From: Heteronotia binoei
Lineage: Eukaryota
Direction of reading: 5' to 3'
Assembly (NCBI RefSeq): GCF_032191835.1
Contig: NC_083231.1
Span: forward strand, 86,986,001 to 87,050,000
Length of the DNA: 64,000 nucleotides
Shown one piece after another: positions 24,494-35,662 of this stretch; positions within the stretch are counted from its first letter, which is position 1; each line of letters begins with the position of its first letter. A program made the translations under genes and the position numbers. Below the pieces are notes generated by a model. The model had not been told where the DNA came from. It saw only the letters and a program-made list of their open reading frames with translations, and did no database searches.

Positions 24494-25611
24494 GTCACAG
24501 CCCTAATAGCTCCAACTAGCCTGATCTGATTGGAGCTTGAAAGTTAAGCAGGGTCTATGCTTGGAAGGGGTCGTTTTGGAGAAAAATAGGTGGTGGACCT
24601 CATTGTTATGCAGCTGCACATACTATTCAATGGACAAGGAGGTGGAACTCTCAGAAGGAGGAGGTGGAATTCTCAGAAAGATTCAGGAGCTGAATCTGAG
24701 GCCTTGTGGGAGAAAGGTTAGGATGGAGGAAGGCAAGAGCAAACCATATCTGTTCATCTCTTACCTTGAAAACTATTAGTCACTATGAGTCAGTTACAAG
24801 TTGATGGCACACTTTGCTTACTAGCCCTTCTTACCTGGAAATTATTGTACTGTTTGCTGTTAAAAATCAGATACAATCCAAAGCTGTGAGACACTTTTTC
24901 ATTAGTATGCTTAGGAGCTGATTACCTTGCTTGGTCTCAGTGAAACAATTCTCATTGCAGAAACTGACGATTTGTAAATTGGAATGTAATTTACAATATG
25001 CAATACCCTGGTTCTGTTCAGAGATCAGTGAACAAATTACCATAATTAAAGACAGCAAAGTCCTGGGCAGTGCAACGCTAAAATCCTACAGCAGCACAGC
25101 ACCACTTGTCAGTTTCCTATGCTCACTCAGCAAAGAGAAAACCTGCAAAGAAAGACCCCACTCCAGGGTGCGGAGATCGTAGTAATTACATCAGAGTCCA
25201 AAACAACCCACTGCAAGCCACCAGTCAATGTGCTGCTACCTTCTTTGATAGAGAGGTGAAAACAGCCAACCATTGCAGACATGTGATACAGTCACACATC
25301 TGCATCCACCACAGGAGGTAGATAGAGGGCCTGGAGACTTTGGGGCCATGGGTTCTGATCCCACGGAGAAGGTTATTGGCCAGAAAGGCCAAGCACACCT
25401 TTTGGCCAGCAACAGGATAGGCAGCCATAAAACAGAAGGGAGACTAGACCCACCCACCCCCAACACACTCAGAAACAACCAGCTAGACACACAAGAAACA
25501 CAGAGCATAGGACATTAGCAGTCCTCCATCCACCTTGGTGTCAACACGAGCCATATATACCAGGCTGACAGAGTGATGTCCTATTGTTGCTACTACCCAT
25601 TCATTCTAGAA

Positions 25612-26097
25612 CAGGGGTGAAGAACCTTTTTTCTGCCAAGGGCCTTGTGGATATTTATAACATCATTAGTGGGCCATAAAAATTATCAACTTAAAAAACA
25701 GTGTTCTGCCGAGGGAGAATGATTCAGGCCAGCAAAATTAATGCAAATAATTGTTTTTCTACTTGAAGTCATGTGGGGAGAGTCTAATCTGGCGCACACA
25801 CACACATGCATGGCCCGCTGCCCTAGGCAAATGAATAGGTCCAGGGCTTTTTTGTAGAAAAAGCCCAGCAGGAACTCAGTAGCATATCAGACCACATCCC
25901 CTAATATTAGCATATTAGGTCCCACCATCTGGGATAATCAAGTGCAAACTGAACTGTGAAAGTAAATTTTCCAGCCCTGCAGCAATTCTGGCTGGCCAGC
26001 CAGGCCCCAGAGAGGCTGCCACATGGCTCGGTTTGGTCCAGCAATCCCGAGGGCTACACCAAGTGACCTCCCTCGGGATGGAGGTTACCCACCCCTG
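25612..26097. mobile_element. hAT MITE with a nested fragment of the CAGGGCTTTTT family
   Basis: CAGGGGTG...CACCCCTG; perfect TSD TTCTAGAA. Confidence 0.8.
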
Positions 26098-26181
26098 TTC
26101 TAGAAGCTAGTCCATTTAAGAAGTTTTTCCTTCTTCAGCCATTTCTCTTCAGAAATAATTGTTTATCTTCTCATTTCACAG

Positions 26182-26292
26182 AATGCTCTAAACACGAATT
26201 CAGCTGTGTCAACAAGAAATGCATCCCTTCTTACAAAACATGTGATGGAATAAATGACTGCGGAGATCTAAGTGATGAATTGTGTTGCAAAG
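26182..26292 (+). CDS. CFI: CFI exon 5 (LDL-receptor class A domain 1)
   Basis: [37 protein letters not shown]; 111 nt, phase 1-1. Confidence 0.96.
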
Positions 26293-26457
26293 GTATGAGT
26301 CTGCTGATAGACCACCTTTTCCCTCATTTTATTGGGATATAGAAGAAGCACATGTCTGTGAAAGATGCTATATGGCTGGCAAACAAATGTCAAGCACAGC
26401 CAATTTAAATACATCTCAGGAATTTCTCTTGTAAGATGCTTTCAAACAAACCAGGTA

Positions 26458-26641
26458 CAGTGTTCTCTCCAAGCTTAGTTTTTTAGCCTCTGGCTCACAT
26501 ATTTTTGTTTTAGCTCAGGAAAATGGCCTCAGAGCAAACTAATTTTTGCAGTAGCCAAATTGCTCACTCACAACTTTAATGCCAGTAGCTCACAAAGTAG
26601 AATTTTTGCTCACAAGACCCCAAAGCTTAGAGGGAGCATTG
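26458..26641. mobile_element. hAT MITE related to the CAGTGTTCCCTCTA family
   Basis: CAGTGTTCTCTCCAAGC...GCTTAGAGGGAGCATTG; no clean TSD. Confidence 0.6.
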
Positions 26642-27259
26642 AGAGGTATTAAATTGACTTGTTGCATTGAAAGAGTGTGAGAGGAGAAAGCAAGCTGTGG
26701 ACTTACTCTGAGTTTCTTCTCACAAGCTCTTAGATCTGTCCTGCCCAATCTGCCCTCCCAACATGATTTTGGACACAGTCTGTAGCCATATGGTATCTAT
26801 TCATGGATAAGAATCTCACTGTGGGTTGTGAAAAGGTTAAGGGTCACGACTCTTGGAGTAAAATTGACCAGACCAGAACTTCAACCTCTTCATGTCAGTT
26901 TCATCATTCTTTTGTTGGGTAGAGAACAAATGCAATTAAAAATGCTGAGTAAACAAAACTTCCTGCCTCATGCTCTTTCATTATATCAAGGAGCCATTAT
27001 ATCAAGTTGCTTCCATTGTTCGACAGAATTAATTGTGTACAGCCATAAATGCAGGTGTGTGCAGACACACATGCACAGGTAGAAGAGGTGCCATTACATT
27101 GATAATGTGTAAATGTTCAAAATCACTGGTACCATTGCATAGTCTGTATACTTAAATCTGACTATATTATGTACATAGCCTTCTGTGACTGTTGATGATT
27201 TCTTGAATCACATCCCTTATATGCTGAATAGTCTATTTCCACATTGATGAGCACGAGTT

Positions 27260-28767
27260 ATTGAGGAAGACTCAGCATGGGTTCTGTAAGGGAATATCTT
27301 GCCTCACTAACCTGTTACATTTCTTTGAGGGGGTGAACAAACATGTGGACAAAGGAGATATTGTTTACCTTGACTTCCAGAAATTTTTTGATAAAGTTCC
27401 TCATCATGGGAGGGACGGTGGCTCAGTGGTAGAGCATCTGCTTGGGAAGCAGAAGGCCCCAGGTTCAATCCCTGGCATCTCCAAAAAAGGGTCCAGGCAA
27501 ATAGGTGTGAAAAACCTCAGCTTGAGACCCTGAAGAGCCACTGCCAGTCTGAGAAGACAATAATGACTTTGATGGACCAAAGGTCTGATTCAGTATAAGG
27601 CAGCTTCATATGTTCATATATGTTCAAAGGCTCCTTAGTAAGCTCGAGAGTCATGGAGTAAAAGGACAGGTCCTCTTGTGGATCAAAAACTGGCTAATTA
27701 ATAGGAAGCAGAGAGTGAGTATAAATGGGCAGTCTTCGCAGTGGAGGACGCTAAGCAGTGGAGTGCCGCAGGGCTCAGTACTGGGTCCCATACTCTTTAA
27801 CTTGTTCATAAATGATTTGGAGTTGAGAGTAAGCAGTGAAGTGGCCAAGTTTGCAGATGACACTAAATTGTTCAGGGTTGTAAGAACCAGAGAGGATTGT
27901 GAGGAACTCCAAAGGGATCTCTTGAGGCTGGGTGAGTGGGCGTCAACGTGGCAGATGAGGTTCAATGTGGCCAAGTGCAAAGTAATGCACATTGGGGCCA
28001 AGAATCCCAGCTACAAATACAAGTTGATGGGGTGTGAACTGGCAGAGACTGACCAAGAGAGAGATCTTGGGGTCGTGGTAGATAACTCGCTGAAAATGTC
28101 AAGACAGTGTGCGTTTGAAATAAAAAAGGCCAACACCATGCTGGGAATTATTAGGAAGTGAACTGAAAACAAATCAGCCAGTATCATAATGCCCCTGTAT
28201 AAATCGATGGTGCGGTCTCATTTGGAATACTGTGTGCAATTCTGGTCACCGCACCTCAAAAAGGATATTATAGCATTGGAAAAAGTGCAGAAAAGGACAA
28301 CTAGAATGATTAAAGGGTTGGAACACTTTCCCTATGAAGAAAGGTTAAAATGCTTGGGGCTTTTTAGCTTGGAGAAATATCGACTGCGGGGTGACATGAT
28401 AGAGGTTTACAAGATAATGCATGGGATGGAGAAGGTAGAGAAAGAAGTACTTTTCTCCCTTTCTCACAATACAAGAACTCATGGGCATTCAATGAAATTG
28501 CTGAGCAGTCGGGTTAGAACAGATAAAAGGAGGTACTTCTTCACCCAAAGGGTGATTAACATGTGGAATTCACTGCCACAGGAGGTGGTGGCGGCTACAA
28601 GCATAGCCAGCTTCAAGGGGGGGTTAGATAAAAATATGGAGCAGAGGTCCATCAGTGGCTATTATTATTATTATGTATAAATTTTTTGGTCACTGTGTGA
28701 CACAGAGTGTTGGACTGGATGGGCCACTGGCCTGATCCAGCATGGCTTCTCTTATGTTCTTATGTTC
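27260..28767 (+). mobile_element. CR1 LINE, 5'-truncated (ORF2 reverse transcriptase + 3'UTR + (TTATGTTC)2 tail), interrupted by a SINE
   Basis: SGVPQGSVLGPILFNLFINDL, KFADDTKL, RSHLEYCVQFWSP; one in-frame TGA at 28159-28161; octamer tail typical of CR1. Confidence 0.95.
27408..27626 (+). mobile_element. Squam2-like tRNA SINE nested in the CR1
   Basis: Splits the CR1 sequence DKVPH|QRLLSK; A and B boxes; TATGTTCA tail. Confidence 0.9.
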
Positions 28768-28773
28768 CAACAG

Positions 28774-28890
28774 CATGCAGAGGTGAAAGCTTCCACTGTA
28801 ATTCCGATGTGTGCATTCCAAAGAAGTATCTCTGTAATAAAGAAATGGACTGCTTAACAGGAGAAGATGAAACTCACCACCTGTGTAGGG
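28774..28890 (+). CDS. CFI: CFI exon 6 (LDL-receptor class A domain 2)
   Basis: [39 protein letters not shown]; CAG| and G|GTAGGC; 117 nt, phase 1-1. Confidence 0.95.
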
Positions 28891-28994
28891 GTAGGCTTCT
28901 TTGTTATCTGTTGGTTGACTGATACAGTTGTTACCCTCTACTCAACAAATTCAGGATGCTGCCTAAGCTAACATTGTAATGACAACAGATGGTG

Positions 28995-29101
28995 GTCTGA
29001 AGCAACAGAACAAAGTTTGAGTCCAGGGGCACCTTTAAGACCAACAAAGTTTTATTCTGGATATAAGCTTTCCATGTGCATGCATGCTTCTTCAGATACC
29101 T
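28995..29101 (-). mobile_element. Penelope-type repeat end with a decayed minimal hammerhead motif
   Basis: Minus strand GGTAT-CTGAAGA-AGCATGCATGCACATG-GAAAGCTT-ATATC followed by the family tail ACTTTGTTGGTCTTAAAGGTGCCCCTGGACTC. Confidence 0.65.
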
Positions 29102-30518
29102 GAATGTAATGACAAGTGATTCCATCATATATAACTAAAACACAACAACCATGTAGTTATTTTATTAAGATCAACCAAAAACACATGTTCGAGCTTTAAA
29201 ATTCTCCAGAACTTTTCACCATGATGGACTTTTAAAAAGGGGTGCACCTGTTATCAGGTTGCATCAAAATCCTACGAGCAAGTAGCAGAAAATGGAAGCC
29301 ATCTAACTGAAAGCATTACAACTAATAATGGATCAAATGTCTCTCTAACACATGGCTTCTTTAAAAGGACAAGAGGCAAAGGTGAAATGTAGTTGTCCTT
29401 ATATTAACAAGCCTTGAGATTAATTTAATTTTAAAACACCTCTTTAAGTAGTTCCATGTTTTATGTTGTTTTATGCTTTGGCTGTTCATGTTGTTTTTTA
29501 AATAGTACCTTTTATCATGTTTTATATTTTGTTTTATAAAGCTGTTATATAAGCTGCCTTGGGCAGTTCCCCAAAGAGGTGGCATGGAAATTTTCTAAAT
29601 AAATAAAAATAAATAAGTTGATGCACTAAGCAAAAAGTCTATGTAAGCTAAAACTGTAGTGGCATTAGCTAGTAAAACTTCTTTAGTGTCTTTTTTGCTC
29701 CAACTGAAGTATCTTTCTTTTTTGGGTATATGCCAGTATTTCCAAAGTAGACAATGTAGTTGTAGATAGTTGCATTAATGAATAGCAAAATCAAGCCAGA
29801 TTAACAATTCTGGAGATCTTGAAAACTGTGTTGTTTGGATTGATCTAATAAGAGACATTATATATGTTTTTGAATTCTTCTTTGTTCAATTAAGTCTACA
29901 TGGCACAGGATAACAAAAATTTATGCTCGCCATCTTGCAATGTTTTAGCTTTTAATTGTGTAACTGTTAATTTTGCTTAACAATGTAATTATGTAAATCG
30001 TTTTAAAGTGCTTTTATTTTAAGGCAGATCTGTTGTTACCCACCCCCTTGTGGGGAGGGCAAGTTAAATTTTTTTAAAGGTAAGTAAATAAATAAGCAAG
30101 CTTTTAAACAATATAATCATGGTTGAAGTACAAGAGAAAGAAAAACATCCAACACTTTAGGAAGAGGACATTAAATATATAATGTAAAATATCAGGTTAA
30201 AATTAAAAAAGTAATAGAGTTGCTGCGTATTTAACTAAGTGATGAATTAATAGCAGTAGCTTGAATATTTAGTGCAGCCAAGATCTATTGGCAACCGCCA
30301 GAGAGATGTGATTTTCATTTCCAGACAGAAAATTAAATAAAGTAGTCCTCCAAGGCGTTGGAAAAAATTAAAACTGCTATAGATTTGATTTTGTTATGGA
30401 AGCAATCCTTTTTGCAATTAAAAAGAAATAAATGTAGTCTAGTTCATAACATAGAGTGTAAACTATATGTATTTTATGTATTTTTATATAAATTTGTGTG
30501 TATTTTTTTAAAAAATAG

Positions 30519-30548
30519 GTGATGAAACAACTGATGAAAATGAAAGAG
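30519..30548 (+). CDS. CFI: CFI exon 7 (linker mini-exon, predicted)
   Basis: TAG|(G)DETTDENER|GTAATT; 30 nt, phase 1-1, acidic; position matches the small human exon 7; A-rich weak acceptor. Confidence 0.65.
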
Positions 30549-30628
30549 GTAATTTTTTGTTTTTATATTGTATCACACTGTTACTATTCCTTTTCAAAAT
30601 TGATACCATCTTTCAAGGATAGCAATAT

Positions 30629-30832
30629 CCAGGGCTTTTTTTTTTTAGCAAGAACACACAGGAACTCAGTTCCAGCTGGCTTGGCATCAGGGGGTGTGGC
30701 CTAATATGCAAATGAGCTCCTGGTGGACTTTTTTAACAAAAAAGTCCTATGTGAAACAATGGTGATGTCAAGGGTTGTGGTCTAATATGCAAATGAGTTC
30801 CTGCTGAGCTTTTTCTACAAAAAAACCCCCTG
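30629..30832. mobile_element. MITE with CAGGGCTTTTT ends carrying ATGCAAAT octamers
   Basis: CAGGGCTTTTTTT...AAAAAAACCCCCTG; internally duplicated GGCCTAATATGCAAATGAG unit; relatives at about 25840, 39945 and 62480. Confidence 0.6.
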
Positions 30833-30872
30833 TCAGTATCCAAAACTAGACTTGGTCCAAGGCATTCTGTGT

Positions 30873-31080
30873 GATACATATCCCATTCTTATCGTCTCTT
30901 GCCATCACATTTTTATCCCATCTTTCCTCCAAGAAGGTCAGGGTGGCTTACAAGTTCCCTACTAATTTATCCTCACAACAACCCTGTGAAATAGGTCAGT
31001 CACCCAATATCACTCTGAGCTTCATGTCTGAATGGGGATTTGAAGCCAGCGACTCCCAGGTCCTAGTCAACAGCTCTTAT
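30873..31080 (-). mobile_element. Old Squam3-like SINE
   Basis: Degenerate GGTGGCTTACAA...CCTCACAACAACCCTGTGA...GGGATTTGAA match to the reverse complement of the family. Confidence 0.5.
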
Positions 31081-31163
31081 CTGTTTTCCTGGCCACCCTG
31101 GGTAGTAGGAATGTGTGTGAGCAGACCTTTCTTAATCTTATTTTTTTAAATTTAATTTACCAT

Positions 31164-31448
31164 GGCAGAGTGTTAAAGCTGCAGTACTGCAGTCCTAAGC
31201 TCTGCTCATGACCTGAGTTCGATCCCCAGCAGAAGCTGGGTTTTCAGGTAGCCGGCTCAAGGTTGACTCAGCCTTCCATCCTTCCGAGGTCGGTAAAACG
31301 AGTACCCAGTTTGCTGGAAGGAAAGTGTAGATGACTGGGGAAGGAAATGGCAAACCACCCCATAAAAAGTCTGCCGTTGTGAAAGCAACGTCACCCCAGA
31401 GTCGGAAACGTCTAGTGCTTGCACAGGGGACCTTTCCTTTCCACCTTT
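31164..31448 (+). mobile_element. Sauria-SINE (Squam1)-like element with RTE/BovB-type tail
   Basis: B box GAGTTCGATCCC; core GGTTGACTCAGCCTTCCATCCTTCCGAGGTCGGTAAAA; tail AGAGTCGGAAACG...ACCTTTCCTTT. Confidence 0.8.
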
Positions 31449-31575
31449 CTCATGAGAGTCAGTCAGATTTACACAATGAACAGTGCAATAGGCTACAGAC
31501 CTGTTCCCTTTATAAAAGAGCCCTTCCTTTTTTACTGACAATTTAAATTAGCTTTATATCCTTTTTTAACTACAG

Positions 31576-31614
31576 AAAGAACAGAAGACACTCAGGAGGA
31601 ATCCATGGATGCAG
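31576..31614 (+). CDS. CFI: CFI exon 8 (linker mini-exon)
   Basis: CAG|(E)RTEDTQEESMDA|GTAGCT; 39 nt, phase 1-1; ends MDA like human ...TADMDA. Confidence 0.88.
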
Positions 31615-32928
31615 GTAGCTTGAAAGTGTTTTATCATAAGAGTCATCATGTTGCAAGGTCCTACAACTTGCCTCAACTCTGTCAGAAAGACTACTCTCAG
31701 AATAGCCAAGTTCTACTTTGCTCAATAGGACTTACTTCTAAGGGCCCAATTAGACTTGGAAATCCCCAAATATTTATCCATGTGTCCACCTGTTTGCATC
31801 TAAAATGATGGGTGAATCTGCTTTTTTAAATGTAACACACGGGCAAAGGCTCTGGAAGAAAAATGCTGAAAGCAATAAGGTGTGTCAGTGGTTTGTTTTG
31901 AATGGCAACACATTCCTGTGGTTTCCCTGTTGTTATTGCAGATGCCAGCGCAGTGCAGTAGCAATATGGCTTCCACACAGCAGGTTGCCCACATTTCCTC
32001 TGCCACAATTTCTACAGAGGTCACCCCTGTCATTCCCTCCCCACTTAGCCACCATTTAGCTGTTTTCAAAGGGTATTTTAATTGGTAATTGACATATTAA
32101 AATACCTTATATTGATTACTGATTTTTTAAAAATTAAAAAAGCTTCTCCACAGTGTATTGGAGGGGGAATGGCTACTGTGGGGAATGGGGTAGAAAAAAA
32201 TGACACTGATGTAGGTAGGAAAGGGAAAATCTGGACTCTACCTCCTCTCCACCCCTTCCCCCCCGCCCCCGCTGGCAGCCATTCCAGCTTTACTGTGATT
32301 TTCCACAAAAGATCACAGCAAAGCAGGTTTGGGAAAGATTGCTGCAAAGACAGGGGAAACCTAGGAGGTACACAAAAGTATGATGATGCTGTGGTGACTT
32401 GTTTGCTGGCCACAGAAAGTTATCTGCATGTGCTAAATTGAAACATAGTGGTAGATGTTTGAAATATAATCTTGTGTATGGTACAGTGTGGCCTAAATGC
32501 AGCACACCATAAAATCTCTAAAATCCCTCCTAACCTGCCTCAAGGACCCCTTTCATGGTGTTATTATGAGCTTGGTTCTTTTATGTTGCCACCCAGAGCA
32601 GAGCTAAATCTTTCTACACCCAGTGACATCAGTGACCTTAGAAGGGTGTAACTCTGTTTAGGATGGCATTGCAAGTTAGAATGAATATTGCATTCATTCT
32701 ATTGCAGTGGTTTTGACTGTCAAACATGTGGTGTGATTGAGGACAATGAAAGTTCTGAACATTCTTGATGGCTCTGATTACAAAGACACCTTATTTCTTC
32801 AGAAACTAAACTTAGTAATGCTTGTCACTGATATCAGTTGAATTAACTAGGAAGTCACAGAAATCAATTCACAATGCTAGGATTTTTTATAAACACAATT
32901 ATGATACCACTTGTCTGTTTCGTTAAAG

Positions 32929-33032
32929 AAAGAAGAAAGATCAAAACATTTTTACCCCAAATCCATTGTGGTATTCCAAACCACACCATTACTCGTCGGA
33001 AGCGAATCGTTGGCGGACATACTGCAGGAGAG
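32929..33032 (+). CDS. CFI: CFI exon 9 (furin site and start of the light chain)
   Basis: ERRKIKTFLPQIHCGIPNHTITRRKR/IVGGHTAGE; 104 nt, phase 1-0. Confidence 0.95.
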
Positions 33033-33543
33033 GTGAAGTTACCAGTAACTATTTTGTATAATGATGCAAGATTCATTTCAGTAATGCCTTGTAATAAATT
33101 ATGTAGTAATTTTAGAAGATGCCTCTGTGGTTATAATGATCCCTAGGACAAAACTCAGAATACAACAAAGATTAGGAAAGTAGGAGTTAATTATTAACCC
33201 ACTGAGTTCCATGTTCCTGTACTGCTGTTTCTTCTCACTTCCCTCCTCCCCCTAAAGGGAGGAAGCCAGAGCTGACAGAGACCAGAGTTATTGCACTATT
33301 GCAGAGTTTTAAAGGGCCTTTGCTATTGAGGAAGCAGGTGATTGAGTGAAATCTTATTCTTCTATGCTTGGAAAGGGGGGTGGGAAGTGAAAGGACTGCA
33401 GTTTCTTTAACCCACTCCATGATCTGTCAGCTGAAACTTCTACAATTAGGCAAGATATTGGACATCTGTGATCAGATTTCCCATCTTTTAAAAATTTCTA
33501 CAAAAAGTAGTTATAGGGGAGGAAGAGTGGAGGGAAGACCGCA

Positions 33544-33675
33544 TGGTATAGCCCAGTTTTGTCAAATCTCAGAAGCTAGGCAGGGTGGGTATTAGGAAGG
33601 GATGCCACCAAGGAAGACTCTGCAGAGGAAGGCAAAGGTAAACTACCTCTGCTTCTCACTTGCCTTGGAAGCCTC
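33544..33675 (+). mobile_element. 5S rRNA-derived SINE (SINE3), degenerate
   Basis: AGCCCAGTTTTGTCAAATCTCAGAAGCTAGGCAGGGT resembles the 5S A-box region, followed by the tail shared with 49273 and 59363. Confidence 0.55.
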
Positions 33676-33954
33676 TTGCTTGGATTGCCATAAGCAGGAC
33701 TGTCAACAGGAGGGGACTGGGGGGACAAAATTCGAGGGCTCCAAGTCAGCTGGAGGGCCCAAAACCTGCCTCATGCAGAATTCATGGATTGCATTTTTTA
33801 AAAAAATCTAATGCAGTTTTGACTACCGTAAAATACAATTTCATATGTTATGTTTCCAAACATCCTCAGAGTGCAGAACTTTGCACCTAAAATGAAGGAA
33901 ATATTTAACAGTGCTGAATTCTGGGCAATACATGAAGGGTTCTAGTTACACATG

Positions 33955-34156
33955 GACACATGAAACTGCCTTACACTGAATTATACTCTTGGTCCATCAA
34001 AATCACTATTATTTACTTAGATTGACTATGGTTCCCCAAGGTCTCAGGTAGGGAGTCTTTCACATCATCTCCTACCAGATTCTTTTAACTGGAGATACTG
34101 GGAATTGAGCCTGGGACCTTCTCCATGTCAAGCAGATGCTCTACCACTGAGCCACC
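33955..34156 (-). mobile_element. Squam2-like SINE, older diverged copy
   Basis: Reverse complement gives GTGGCTCAGTGGTAGAGCATCTGCTTGAC...GGTCCCAGGCTCAATTCCCAG...AAGGCAGTTTCATGTGTC. Confidence 0.7.
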
Positions 34157-34190
34157 ACAAAACATCAGGGAGGTATTTTAAAAAGTATAA

Positions 34191-34346
<156 letters not shown>

Positions 34347-35384
34347 TAAGCGACTTTGGGAGTTTTCAGGTATCAAATTTGTTCTAGCTGAGTCACAGGC
34401 TGGCCTTGCCTTGTAACACAGGACTGAACAAAGTTACATTTTTGTAGTTTATATCAGTTCTATATTGCTTTGATGGGCATGGTTTCCCAAAAAGAATGCT
34501 TGGAGTTGTAGTATGGGGAACTAACTGAGATTCAGAAATGCTTCACCAATGCAGAACTACAATGTCCAGGGTTTGCTGGGAAGAGGGAATTGCAGTAACA
34601 GTCAGCAGCTATGATGCATGTATAATGTTGCTATGTCTCAAAATACGGATGATTCAGTTATAAAAAATGAAAGGGAAAGGAGTAAATCATGAGACATCTG
34701 GGAAGCTAATAGCTCCACTATGCAATACAGTTTGTGAGTGCCAGCAGATTAGAAGTATACTCTGAAACTGTACCATCTCTGATATGCATGTGGGAAATTA
34801 TTTGTTTGTCCCCTCCCTAATGCCACCCCTGATTGCACCCCTTCCAACACATGCTGACCCACCTGTGTGGCTGGCTGTCCACTGCTACCCAACTATGTAT
34901 ACCCACCCTGTGAGCTCTCCTGCCATCCATGCTCCCAGCCACATGCATCACCTGCATGCCCTTTCCCCGGTGGTGCTGGACAGCAAGTTTATCCAGGTGG
35001 CAGGTTAGCCATATAGGCAAGGGAGGTAGTGGGCCCTGCCTTGGCAGGTGCCCCATTTTGACATATACTGATGCCAGCCCTGGCTTGAAAGCATCCTCAC
35101 TTTAAAATCTGCATGTACGTGTACACTAGATTTAGACATCAGTTGGACATGCATGATCCTTTGTTAGCTTCCTTCTGATCAAAGCTAGTCTGGCTTCAAA
35201 CATTCTCATTGTGGCTCAACTACAGTTTGAAATAAGATCTTTGTGCCATTTCAGAAAACTGCAAAGGATAATACTTTGAAAAGTGGATAATTATTTATAT
35301 CACCTCTTTGACTGATTAATTCATGAACTGGAAATCTGCTACAAACAAAGGTTTACATTTGTGTCTCTTTGTTTTCTTTTTCAG

Positions 35385-35662
35385 ACAAAGCTATGTTCAT
35401 ACCTACATGATATGGACTGGAATGTTAGATACAATAGTTAGAAATACTGGGATAGAAACCTTTTTGTTAAAAAGAGTGATAATCCATGAGAACTATAATC
35501 CCAAAACATATGAGAATGATATTGCTTTACTGGAAATGAACAAGAAGAATTCAGAGCAGACCTGTTCTCCACCCAACACGGTGGCAGCATGCGTCCCCTG
35601 GTCATCTTATATGTTCAAAGCAGGCCATCAGTGCAAAGTGTCTGGTTGGGGACGGGCAGAAG
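35385..35662 (+). CDS. CFI: CFI exon 11 (serine protease, catalytic Asp)
   Basis: ...IIHENYNPKTYENDIALLEM...ACVPWSSYMFKAGHQCKVSGWGRAE; 278 nt, phase 2-1. Confidence 0.97.

Noticed and set aside
30023-30085. Strong donor AAG|GTAAGT in CFI intron 6 suggesting an extra exon
   Set aside because: Both nearby acceptors give in-frame stops in the required phase, and the segment resembles an AT-rich LINE tail.
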